A stretch of DNA of 64,000 nucleotides from Candidatus Omnitrophota bacterium (lineage in GTDB: Bacteria > Omnitrophota > Gorgyraeia > Duberdicusellales > 4484-171): NCBI GenBank assembly GCA_043823745.1, contig JBDRAN010000003.1, positions 66,958 through 130,957 of the forward strand, read 5' to 3'. The position numbers and the translations under genes were made by a program. The notes under the pieces are model-generated. The model was not told the DNA's origin. It did not search any database and saw nothing but the letters and a program-made list of their open reading frames with translations. Below, one piece after another: positions 52,160 through 60,936 of the stretch (positions within the stretch are counted from its first letter, which is position 1; every line of letters begins with the position of its first letter).

Positions 52160-55100
52160 TTATTTAGAATCCTTTTCTGTCCGTACATCAAGACACAGCC
52201 CTTGCAACTCTTTCACGAGTACATTGAAAGATTCAGGTACCGAAGGATGAAATTTCTGCTCGCCGCGCACAATCGCTTCGTAAATCCGGTTACGACCCTC
52301 AACATCGTCACTTTTAACGGTAAGCATCTCTTGCAACGTGAACGCCGCGCCGTATGCTTCCAACGCCCAGACTTCCATTTCACCGAATCGTTGGCCGCCG
52401 AATTGCGCTTTACCGCCGAGCGGCTGCTGTGTAATCAACGAATAGGGGCCGATCGCCCGGGCATGGATCTTATCGTCAACCATGTGCACTAATTTCATTA
52501 TATACATATACCCGGCGCCAATCTGCTGGCCGAATGCTCTGCCGGTATGGCCGTCGTAAAGGGTAACCTTACCACTCTCAGGAAGATTAGCCTGGATAAG
52601 CAACTGCCTGATATCTTCTTGCTTGGCGCCGTCAAAAACCGGCGACAGCACCCGTAGCCCAAGTTTCCGCGCAGCCCACCCAAGATGCATTTCAAGGAGC
52701 TGTCCAACGTTCATACGGGAAGGAACACCTAAAGGATTGAGCATTACATCAACTGTACTTCCGTCTTCCAGGAATGGCATATCTTCTTCAGGAAGAATTT
52801 TGGCAATAACACCCTTGTTGCCGTGACGGCCGGAGATTTTATCACCGACGGAAATCTTACGTTTCATGGCAACATAAACCACAACACGCTTGAGCACCCC
52901 GGTAGGAAGTTCATCGCCACGCTTGATCTTGGCAGTTTCAAGCTCCTGCTCAATCGCCAAATCCTGCAGGCGCTCATCATAAATAGTGACAATCGCCCGC
53001 GCTTCCTCATTGTCTTCGTAATCTGACGCTTTAATCTTCCCATCGTCTTTACCCAGGATTGCTGCAAGCCGCTTGGTTTTTTCGCGCTCAAGCAATTGAC
53101 GCTCCTCTTCGTAATAGTGTTCGATATCTTTTAATTTTTGTAGTTCCTCGCCCTTTTCTTTGCGAGACCGCCTTCCGCGGTCTTTTCGCTGAAAGACTTC
53201 GACGTTCGTAACAACTCCATAAACACCGGGCGGAACGCGCAGGGACGTATCTTTGACATCCGCTGCTTTCTCGCCGAAAATTGCGCGCAACAGGCGTTCT
53301 TCCGGTGAAAGTTCTTTTTCGGTTTTCGGCGTGACGCGGCCGACTAATATATCATCAGGCATTACTTCCGCACCAACACGAACCACGCCGCTTTCATCAA
53401 GATTTTTCAATATTTCTTCACTGACATTGGGGATGTCGCGCGTTACTTCTTCGTTACCCAGACGGGTTTCTCTTGCTTCAGACTCGAACTTCTCAATATG
53501 GAGAGATGTCAGTACATCCTCTTTAACTAAGCGTTCGTTAATAACAATCGCATCCTCAAAGTTGTACCCACGCCACGGCATAAACGCAACCAAAAGATTA
53601 CGCCCCAGAGCCAACGCTCCATGCTGAGTAGCCATACCATCGGAGATTGTTTGTCCTTTCTTGATAACATCGCCCTTCTCGACAATGGGGCGTTGATTCA
53701 CACAGGTATCCGCGTTTGAACGTTCGAATTTCTTGAGCTTATAAACAAAATTACCGATCTTAAGGTGCGCGGCATCAACCTCTTCCACCTTCCCTTCTTC
53801 CTTATTAAGAACCACGGTCCCACATTCTCTGACTACTTTCTCCTCCATTCCGGTGCCAACAACCGGTTCCTCAGGAAAAAGAAGCGGCACAGCCTGGCGT
53901 TGCATGTTAGAGCCCATCAGCGCCCGGTTTGCGTCATCATGCTCCAAAAACGGGATCAGCGCAGCAGAAATTGAAATAATCTGCTGCGACGATATGTCCA
54001 TATACTCGGCTTCCGTCGGTTTTACTTTGGGGAATTTACCTTTAAAGCGAGTGTAAATTTCTTTATCCAGGATTTTACCATGCTCGTCCACGTTCGATGT
54101 AACCTGCGCAATAATCTTATTTTCCTCTTCGTCGCTCGTCAGATAATCAACTTCATTCCCAACGACGCCCTTTTCAACCTTGCGATACGGCGCGATAAGA
54201 AACCCCAGCGGGTTAATACGCACATAGGACGTAAGCGATGAAAGTAACCCGATATTGGCACCTTCCGGTGTTTCAATCGGACAAACGCGTCCATAATGCG
54301 TTGGATGTACGTCACGAACTTCAAAGCCTGCGCGCTCGCGAGACAGCCCTCCGGGCCCCATGGCCGAGAGCCTGCGTTTATGAGTAATTTCAGCGACCGG
54401 ATTGGTTTGATCCATAAACTGCGAAAGCGGTGAACGAGCAAAGAAATCCTGAACTTGCGTGGAGAAAGCCCGTGAATTAATTAAATGCTGAATAGAAAAA
54501 TCGTGAGTTGAAATAAGCGAGCAACGTTCAAGGAAGGTACGCTCAACGCGCAAAAGTCCCACGCGAACCTGATGTTGAATGAGCTCTCCGATTAATTTTA
54601 CGCGGCGATTACCCAGATGATCGATATCATCGATCGGCTTTTCGCCTGCTTTAACTTTCAAAAGATGCTTGATGACTTCAACAAGACTATCAAGATCAAT
54701 GGTGCGCTTGGTAAGCGATTGTTCCATCCCTAGTTTTTTGTTAATAAGGTAACGCCCGACGCGGCCTAAATCGTATCGTTTATGATCGAGGAACATCCTT
54801 TTGAAGACTTCCTTGGCAGCTTCAAGGGTAATCGGCTCAGTTGGGCGCATCTTCTTATAAAAATCAAGATAGGCTTCTTCGGTATTGGTTGTATAATCTT
54901 TTTTGATCGTATTAACAATTTCAGGGTATCGTTTATCAGAAAAGGCTTTATAAACATCGTCGGTTGACGAAAGCCCCATAATCCTTAGAATTTGTGATGC
55001 GGGAAATGTTTTGCGCCGGTCAATAATGGCGGTAATGGTGTCGTTTAAATCAGTGCGGAACTCAAGCCAGTATCCCCGATACGGAATCATGCGCGCAAAG

Positions 55101-55576
55101 TAAAGACGCTTCCCGGCGACATGCATTTCTTCTTCAAAAAATACTCCCGGAGAGCGCTGCAACTGGTTAACCACGACGCGCTCATCACCATTGATAATAA
55201 AGGAAGCCGTATCGGTGATAAGCGGCATATCTCCCAGATAAATTTCTTGTTCTCTGACCTCGGTCGCGGGACCAACCAAACGCATGCGTACACGCAGAGG
55301 GGCGGCATAGGTTTGTGAGCGCCGCTTGCACTCCTCAACGCTGTAGCGCGGACGGCTTAACCCATAGGCAACGAACTCAAGACGGTACTGCTTATCGGGA
55401 CTCTCAATGGGAAAAACCTCATCGAAAATCTCCTGTAAACCAAATTTCTTTCGCTTTTCGGGAACCACGTCCATTTGGAGAAATTCCTTAAACGGACCGA
55501 TCTGGTGCTCAAGCAAATTTGGTATAGGGTAGCTCTTTTTGATTTTGGCAAAAGACAACTCTTTTACTTTCCTCAA
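52160..55576 (-). CDS. rpoB: RNA polymerase beta subunit
   Basis: QFMDQTNP, GRHGNKG, GGQRFGEMEVWALE; TTG start after GGAGG. Confidence 0.98.
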   Translation of the reverse strand: MRKVKELSFAKIKKSYPIPNLLEHQIGPFKEFLQMDVVPEKRKKFGLQEIFDEVFPIESPDKQYRLEFVAYGLSRPRYSVEECKRRSQTYAAPLRVRMRLVGPATEVREQEIYLGDMPLITDTASFIINGDERVVVNQLQRSPGVFFEEEMHVAGKRLYFARMIPYRGYWLEFRTDLNDTITAIIDRRKTFPASQILRIMGLSSTDDVYKAFSDKRYPEIVNTIKKDYTTNTEEAYLDFYKKMRPTEPITLEAAKEVFKRMFLDHKRYDLGRVGRYLINKKLGMEQSLTKRTIDLDSLVEVIKHLLKVKAGEKPIDDIDHLGNRRVKLIGELIQHQVRVGLLRVERTFLERCSLISTHDFSIQHLINSRAFSTQVQDFFARSPLSQFMDQTNPVAEITHKRRLSAMGPGGLSRERAGFEVRDVHPTHYGRVCPIETPEGANIGLLSSLTSYVRINPLGFLIAPYRKVEKGVVGNEVDYLTSDEEENKIIAQVTSNVDEHGKILDKEIYTRFKGKFPKVKPTEAEYMDISSQQIISISAALIPFLEHDDANRALMGSNMQRQAVPLLFPEEPVVGTGMEEKVVRECGTVVLNKEEGKVEEVDAAHLKIGNFVYKLKKFERSNADTCVNQRPIVEKGDVIKKGQTISDGMATQHGALALGRNLLVAFMPWRGYNFEDAIVINERLVKEDVLTSLHIEKFESEARETRLGNEEVTRDIPNVSEEILKNLDESGVVRVGAEVMPDDILVGRVTPKTEKELSPEERLLRAIFGEKAADVKDTSLRVPPGVYGVVTNVEVFQRKDRGRRSRKEKGEELQKLKDIEHYYEEERQLLEREKTKRLAAILGKDDGKIKASDYEDNEEARAIVTIYDERLQDLAIEQELETAKIKRGDELPTGVLKRVVVYVAMKRKISVGDKISGRHGNKGVIAKILPEEDMPFLEDGSTVDVMLNPLGVPSRMNVGQLLEMHLGWAARKLGLRVLSPVFDGAKQEDIRQLLIQANLPESGKVTLYDGHTGRAFGQQIGAGYMYIMKLVHMVDDKIHARAIGPYSLITQQPLGGKAQFGGQRFGEMEVWALEAYGAAFTLQEMLTVKSDDVEGRNRIYEAIVRGEQKFHPSVPESFNVLVKELQGLCLDVRTEKDSK

Positions 55577-55593
55577 ATCAACCTCCTAGAAGG

Positions 55594-55980
55594 TTACTTC
55601 AATTCAACCGTAGCGCCCGCTGCTTCCAATTTCTTTTTAATTTCCTCTGCTTCTTCTTTCGTTGCGTTTTCTTTTACAGACTTTGGAGCCGCATCAACAA
55701 GTTCTTTGGCTTCTTTAAGCCCGAGTTCGGTAATTACGCGGATTTCCTTAATTACGGAAATTTTGTTTGCACCGGCTGCCGTTAGCACCACGGTAAAAGA
55801 AGTTTTCTCTTCCTTCTCTTCTGCGCCCGCTGCGCCAGCAGCGCTCGCCATCGGAGCAACACCCATCATCGGAGCAGAAGCTTTTACGCCAAACTTATCT
55901 TCGCAGGCCTTGACCAGCTCCGAAAGCTCCAAAACCGTCATCTCCTCAACCATCTTTAAGACATCCTCGACTTTAGACAT
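55594..55980 (-). CDS. rplL: 50S ribosomal protein L7/L12
   Basis: [21 protein letters not shown]. Confidence 0.97.
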   Translation of the reverse strand: MSKVEDVLKMVEEMTVLELSELVKACEDKFGVKASAPMMGVAPMASAAGAAGAEEKEEKTSFTVVLTAAGANKISVIKEIRVITELGLKEAKELVDAAPKSVKENATKEEAEEIKKKLEAAGATVELK

Positions 55981-56001
55981 AGCACCCTCCTTTACAAACG
56001 G

Positions 56002-56532
56002 TTAATTTTCTTTTTTCTTTTTAACTTCTTCCAGTGTCCAGAGAAATTTGAGAACCACCTGATTGAGCGTAGACATAAAACCCGTCAACGGCGCAGCAAA
56101 GCTACTTACCGCCATCGCACGCAATACTTCCTTAGGCGGTAACTTAACCAATTCCTGTAACTGTGCCTGAGAGATCTTTTTATCTTTTAGAAAGCCGCCT
56201 TTAACTTTAAGCGTTTCGTTTCCTTTTGAAAAATCAACAAGCACCTTACAGGCAGCAACAACATCCTTGTCGTACGCAAACACGACTCCGGTCTCGCCTT
56301 CAATGAGCCCGGCGATATCGCACGAGGCTGCCTCCTTGAACACTTTCTCAAGAAGTGTGTTTTTTGCCACAAACATTCGAGCGTTTGCATTCTTAAGTTG
56401 ATTACGCACTTTATTGATCGCGAAGGCTTTCGTTTTGGGAAAACCAACAAACACACAGGCTTCTGATCTCGCGAGGCTGTCTTGAATTTCCTCAACAATC
56501 CGTTCTCTGGTTAGTATACCGATTTTTTTCAT
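56002..56532 (-). CDS. rplJ: 50S ribosomal protein L10
   Basis: VAKNTL, KGG, LPPKE; position. Confidence 0.93.
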   Translation of the reverse strand: MKKIGILTRERIVEEIQDSLARSEACVFVGFPKTKAFAINKVRNQLKNANARMFVAKNTLLEKVFKEAASCDIAGLIEGETGVVFAYDKDVVAACKVLVDFSKGNETLKVKGGFLKDKKISQAQLQELVKLPPKEVLRAMAVSSFAAPLTGFMSTLNQVVLKFLWTLEEVKKKKEN

Positions 56533-57215
56533 AACATTATCCTCAGTGAAGGGCTCATAGTGCGCGAAAGAAACATCGTTTTGATGAAATCGCCTTTGGT
56601 GGCGCTCGCGCGCGCGCCGGTAAGTGCATCAAGAAACGCGCGCACATTCTCGATGAGCGCTTCCGTCGAAAACGAAAGCTTACCGAGCCCGATATGAATA
56701 CAGGCAAATTTATCCATACGAAAATCTATTTTACCTCGTTTAGCTTCTTTAACTGCATAGACAATATTATCGGTAACCGTACCGGTCTTCGGCGAAGGCA
56801 TGAGTCCCCGGGGACCAAGAAGTTTACCGAGCTTACTGACAAAGCGCATCAGGCCGGGAGTCGCAATACAATAGTCAAAACCGATATCACCTGACTTAAC
56901 GATTCGTTCCACTAATTCCTGGCCGCCCACTTCATCCGCCCCTGCGGCTTTTGCATCTGCTTCTTTTTCTGATTCGCAAAAAACGATAATTTTTATCTTT
57001 TTTCCCGTACCCCTGGGAAGCACCACTGAGCCACGCACAACTTGATCTGCTTCTTTCGGGTTAAGGCTTAAATGACAGCTTATCTCAATCGTCTCGTCAA
57101 ATTTTGTCGCGGGCATTTTCTTCAAAATTGCGATCGCATCTTCGACAGAATAAATCTTTTTATGATCAACAAGTTTTTCAGCTTCACGATAGCGCTTGCT
57201 CTTTACCTTTCTCAT
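56529..57215 (-). CDS. rplA: 50S ribosomal protein L1
   Basis: [27 protein letters not shown]. Confidence 0.97.
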   Translation of the reverse strand: MRKVKSKRYREAEKLVDHKKIYSVEDAIAILKKMPATKFDETIEISCHLSLNPKEADQVVRGSVVLPRGTGKKIKIIVFCESEKEADAKAAGADEVGGQELVERIVKSGDIGFDYCIATPGLMRFVSKLGKLLGPRGLMPSPKTGTVTDNIVYAVKEAKRGKIDFRMDKFACIHIGLGKLSFSTEALIENVRAFLDALTGARASATKGDFIKTMFLSRTMSPSLRIML

Positions 57216-57646
57216 TCTTTCACCTTTATACCGCAACTTCTGGCTGTACCGGCAATGATCCTCGCTGCGTGCTCGATATCAACCGTATTTAAATCCACCA
57301 TTTTTTCTTTGGCGATTTCGATAACCTGCTGCTTTGTTACCTCTCCGATAATTTCTTTACCCGCCTGACCGCTTGCTTTTGCTAAATTAGCTGCTCGCTT
57401 AAGAAGGACCGATGCCGGCGGACTTTTAATGATGAAGTCGAACGTTTTATCTTCGTAGACGCTGATAACGACCGGTAGAATAATGCCCTCTTTTGTCTTG
57501 GTGGCCTCGTTATAGGCCTTACAAAACATCATAATATTGACGCCGTGCTGCCCAAGCGCCGGACCTACCGGGGGAGCAGGATTTGCCGCACCAGCGGGAA
57601 TTTGCAATTTAATTTGTACGATTACTTTTCCTTTCTTCTTTGCCAT
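57212..57646 (-). CDS. rplK: 50S ribosomal protein L11
   Basis: [23 protein letters not shown]. Confidence 0.97.
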   Translation of the reverse strand: MAKKKGKVIVQIKLQIPAGAANPAPPVGPALGQHGVNIMMFCKAYNEATKTKEGIILPVVISVYEDKTFDFIIKSPPASVLLKRAANLAKASGQAGKEIIGEVTKQQVIEIAKEKMVDLNTVDIEHAARIIAGTARSCGIKVKE

Positions 57647-57661
57647 AGTCGCTTCGCTCCT

Positions 57662-57700
57662 ACGCGAATTACCGCGAATTTAAAACGAATGTCCGCGAAT
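57662..57700. repeat. CGCGAAT dispersed repeat copy in nusG-rplK spacer
   Basis: Four CGAAT units; 20-nt exact inverted match to 24689-24708. Confidence 0.7.
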
Positions 57701-57721
57701 GTGTATCGCGTTAATGTACAT

Positions 57722-58249
57722 TTATATTTTCTCTACCTGCCAGAACTCCAACTCCACGGGGGTAGTCCTCCCGAAAATCGACACGCTCACTTTAACCTTT
57801 CCTTTTTCAGGATGTATTTCCTCGACAACACCGTTAAAATTAATAAACGGGCCTTCGATGACGCGCACGCTTTCTCCTTTTTCGAAACTCACTTTCGGGG
57901 CTGGCTTGGCTTTACTTTCTTCTGCTCTCTTTAAAATTTTATCAACTTCATCTTGAGGTATTGGCGAGGGTTTCCTGCGGGGACCGATAAAGGTTGTTAT
58001 GCCCGGCGTATTTTTAACAAAAAGCCAGGAATCATCCGTCATCTCCATGCGCACCAGAATATAGCCCGGAAAAAATTTACGCTCCATTACGCGCTTCTTG
58101 CCCATCTTAACCTCCGTTACCTGTTCCTGAGGGATAACGACTTGGTCGATGAGCTCTTCGTAATGGTGAGCTTTAATCCGCGTCTCGAGATTTGCCTTCG
58201 CTTTATCCTCGACACCGCTCAACGTATGCAAAATATACCACTGCATCAT
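57722..58249 (-). CDS. nusG: transcription factor NusG
   Basis: FFPGYILV, GPF..F.G, IFGRTTPVEL. Confidence 0.97.
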   Translation of the reverse strand: MMQWYILHTLSGVEDKAKANLETRIKAHHYEELIDQVVIPQEQVTEVKMGKKRVMERKFFPGYILVRMEMTDDSWLFVKNTPGITTFIGPRRKPSPIPQDEVDKILKRAEESKAKPAPKVSFEKGESVRVIEGPFINFNGVVEEIHPEKGKVKVSVSIFGRTTPVELEFWQVEKI

Positions 58250-58252
58250 AAA

Positions 58253-58450
58253 TTAAGCACCAAAGAAACGTTTTACCAGTTGTGCCAAACCAAGATCAAC
58301 AAGCGTAATGTATCCGGTCAATATCGATGTGATCACAATCACGACCACCACGGTACCCATTAATTCATGGCGTGTTGTCCAGCTAATTTTTTTGACTTCC
58401 TCTCGTACCTCAATAAAAAACTGGGGAATCTTTTTTAGCTTCTTAAGCAT
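58253..58450 (-). CDS. secE: preprotein translocase subunit SecE
   Basis: EVKKISWTTR followed by one TM; between tRNA-Trp and nusG. Confidence 0.93.
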   Translation of the reverse strand: MLKKLKKIPQFFIEVREEVKKISWTTRHELMGTVVVVIVITSILTGYITLVDLGLAQLVKRFFGA

Positions 58451-58510
58451 ATGCCTCTGTGTTATCGAACGTGCCTCGTCTGGTTCTGCTATAATCTGAA
58501 ATTCTACAAG

Positions 58511-58584
58511 CAGGCGAGGCAGGAATTGAACCTGCAACCCCCGGTTTTGGAGACCGATGCTCTAGCCAATTGAGCTACTCGCCT
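58511..58584 (-). tRNA. tRNA-Trp (CCA)
   Basis: AGGCGAG acceptor stem, CTCCAAA anticodon loop, GTTCAATTC T-loop. Confidence 0.96.
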
Positions 58585-58588
58585 TTCA

Positions 58589-58697
58589 GCGCCAATTACC
58601 GCTAATTCTTAAACGCTAATTTTCGCTAATTTTAGAGATGCTAATTTTCACTCATTAGCAGTTATTAGCGTCTCCTCATTCGCGTAAATTCGCGTTC
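58589..58697. repeat. fold-back element of GCTAAT units facing ATTAGC/ATTCGC units
   Basis: Four GCTAAT units plus GCCAAT on the left; four ATT(A/C)GC units on the right. Confidence 0.75.
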
Positions 58698-58849
58698 TAA
58701 GGCTTTGCCTCTTTATGCTCAAGATGCTTGCGGCAAAAACGGCAATACTTCTTTATGAGCATTTTTTCTGGATGTTTCTTTTTATTCTTTGTCGTATAGT
58801 AATTTTTGCGTTTACACGCGGTGCATTCGAACGCTATAAGCTCTCTCAT
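58697..58849 (-). CDS. rpmG: 50S ribosomal protein L33 (zinc form, absent from ORF track)
   Basis: Own translation MRELIAFECTACKRKNYYTTKNKKKHPEKMLIKKYCRFCRKHLEHKEAKP. Confidence 0.96.
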   Translation of the reverse strand: MRELIAFECTACKRKNYYTTKNKKKHPEKMLIKKYCRFCRKHLEHKEAKP

Positions 58850-58872
58850 ATATTTCCTATATAGTATATGGT

Positions 58873-58916
58873 AAAAAAGTTAAAAAATCCCCGCTCCACT
58901 CGTGTGGGATTTTAAC
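58873..58916 (-). terminator. putative intrinsic terminator after tRNA-Thr
   Basis: Minus strand AAAATCCCAC...GCGGGGATTTT stem followed by T-tracts. Confidence 0.5.
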
Positions 58917-58938
58917 CTCTGTGCCGTATTATTCTATT

Positions 58939-59011
58939 AGCCCACGACCGGAATTGAACCGGTGACCACTTCCTTACCAAGGAAGTGCTCTACCACCTGA
59001 GCCACGTGGGC
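58939..59011 (-). tRNA. tRNA-Thr (GGT)
   Basis: GCCCACG acceptor stem, TTGGTAA anticodon loop, GTTCAATTC T-loop. Confidence 0.96.
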
Positions 59012-59050
59012 ACACCCTCCTCGAGGAAGGCTTAAGAGACGGACTGTAAG

Positions 59051-59078
59051 ATTCTATTATAAAAGCTTTTTTTGTCAA
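59051..59078 (-). promoter_or_regulatory. sigma70 promoter for tRNA-Thr and downstream cluster
   Basis: TTGACA (59078-59073), 16-nt spacer, TAGAAT (59056-59051). Confidence 0.7.
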
Positions 59079-59095
59079 GGGAAAAAATAACTTTT

Positions 59096-59563
59096 TTGCC
59101 CAGTAGGGGCAATACCCGCGCCATACCATTAAGCGCGGGGTATAAAACCCAGAGGGGCACATATACCTTGCCTCAAAGGACTGGTGAGTATGCGCTTCCT
59201 GCGCTATACCTCGCCTTAAAGGACGAGGCGAGTATGCGCCTTATGCGCTACCAGCGCAATTCCACTAGGCGCCGGGTGTTGCCCAGAAAGCGTACATACC
59301 TCGCCTCAAAGGAATGGCAAGTATGCGCCTTATGCGCTACCGGCGCAATTCTTGCCCAGAAGGGCAATACTGGCGCCATACCGCTTAGCGCCAGGTATAT
59401 ATTAAGCGCCGGGTGCTCAGATTCAGCCGGACACCGCTCAGAAGAGCGTACTAGCCAGAAAGGCTGCGCTTGGCCTGTCCAATAAGGCAAGGCGCCGACT
59501 AACTCAGATTCAGCCGGGTACTGCTCAGCAAAAGCGTACCGGCTTATCCACTTAAGCCGCGTA
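59096..59563. repeat. array of ~45-nt double-hairpin units
   Basis: Repeated small hairpin plus TAC...GTA hairpin; near-identical unit pairs and compensatory stem changes. Confidence 0.85.
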
Positions 59564-59634
59564 TTATATACAGATAGCCCCATCAAACAATGCATGTGCA
59601 GAATTTGCGGATGCTGAAACGGTTGCACTTTGTA

Positions 59635-60876
59635 TTATTGAGGCTTTTCGAGTACGCAGAAATACTCAGGCATGGAAGAAAAGTACTCTTTGAGGGTATA
59701 AAATGCTTTACGCGGAATTCTCTTGTTGATGCCGTTTTCAAGCTCCTCGCTGATACCGACAATACCAAACCACTCTTCGTTCATATTGAGCTGGTTTTTT
59801 GCCCTATTATCAAAGGTATAGGCGCCTTGCGACCAGCCTGCTTCCTTATTGTGGTTACTCCAGTCTTCGCTATACCCTTCGTTATGCTTCCACCATTCAT
59901 CGGTCCACTCGAAAATTACGCCACCGATGGCATTACCTTGTTTATTGCCGGAACAGATCGTATTGCGATATAAATCTTTCCACTGCGACAATACGTACTC
60001 CGCCTGGGATGCCTCGTCCTCGTTTTCTCGAAATGCGTCATACGCGTCACAGCCAAACTCGGAAATCAAAATTGGTTTGTCAAAAAGCGTACGTATACTC
60101 TCAAACACATTTGAGAAATTTTTTCCGCGGTAAAAAATAATAGCGAGCACATCGACATTGACGCAGATATCTGAAGCGACGCGCAAAAAATTAATCTCGC
60201 CGGAACCCAACGCCACCGGATGCAGCGGATCGACCGTTTTGATATTCCCCGCAAGTTCGTTAACAAAAGAGTAATAAATTTCGGCACGGCGGCGTGCGCG
60301 CTTAGCCGGAACAAGTTTCTCTATATCCGGTGAGGTCCAAAAACGTGATTTTCCGGAAAACGAATAATCATTCTCGTTGCCCAGTACCCATAAAAGAAGA
60401 CCTTTTTCTTGCTTTAATGCCTCGACGATTCCTAAGACACGCGCGCTCGTTTTGGCGCAAAACGCCTCATTGGCATAATTAGCCGGTGGATCGTCCCAAA
60501 GGCCAAGCCAATCGCTTACAATCGAATAGATACCATACTTCTCGTACATTTCGCGAATAAAAATGCGGGCATTCTCAACATTGGTGCCTACCGAATAAAG
60601 ACGAACACAATTAATCCCCATCTCTTTCATAAGCTTCCCGTCAGAAAGCCACGGTTTGGCGGGATCGGCGAGAAAATCATAATCATAGCCCTTTCCAATG
60701 GGAACCGGGTTATAACTTACCGCTTTAATGAGAAAAGGTTTTCCATCAACGTAGAATGCATAGCCGTTAATGCAGGTGGAAACCGACGTAAGCTCAATTG
60801 CGCGGTCAGCAGCCATTGCGGTGCAGGCCGCAACCGCCATCACTACAAAAATTACAATTGTTTTTATGCTCTTCAT
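59635..60876 (-). CDS. secreted clan GH-A TIM-barrel glycoside hydrolase
   Basis: Signal peptide; GINCVRLY, LGNEN (acid/base), ISEFG (nucleophile), FEWTDEWWK. Confidence 0.8.
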   Translation of the reverse strand: MKSIKTIVIFVVMAVAACTAMAADRAIELTSVSTCINGYAFYVDGKPFLIKAVSYNPVPIGKGYDYDFLADPAKPWLSDGKLMKEMGINCVRLYSVGTNVENARIFIREMYEKYGIYSIVSDWLGLWDDPPANYANEAFCAKTSARVLGIVEALKQEKGLLLWVLGNENDYSFSGKSRFWTSPDIEKLVPAKRARRRAEIYYSFVNELAGNIKTVDPLHPVALGSGEINFLRVASDICVNVDVLAIIFYRGKNFSNVFESIRTLFDKPILISEFGCDAYDAFRENEDEASQAEYVLSQWKDLYRNTICSGNKQGNAIGGVIFEWTDEWWKHNEGYSEDWSNHNKEAGWSQGAYTFDNRAKNQLNMNEEWFGIVGISEELENGINKRIPRKAFYTLKEYFSSMPEYFCVLEKPQ

Positions 60877-60887
60877 GATCTTGAGGA

Positions 60888-60923
60888 ATAAGGGGCAAAC
60901 TCTCGTGAGAGCTTGCCCCTTAT
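60888..60923. other. strong intergenic hairpin without U-tract
   Basis: ATAAGGGGCAA.CTCTC / GAGAG.TTGCCCCTTAT. Confidence 0.55.
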
Positions 60924-60936
60924 GTAATGTTACGTG

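Noticed and set aside
59096-59563. CRISPR array
   Set aside because: No invariant direct repeat with unique spacers; no cas genes in the window
59072-59628. ORFs 59072-59485 (+) and 59248-59628 (-)
   Set aside because: They merely read through the GC-rich hairpin array; no RBS or protein-like motifs
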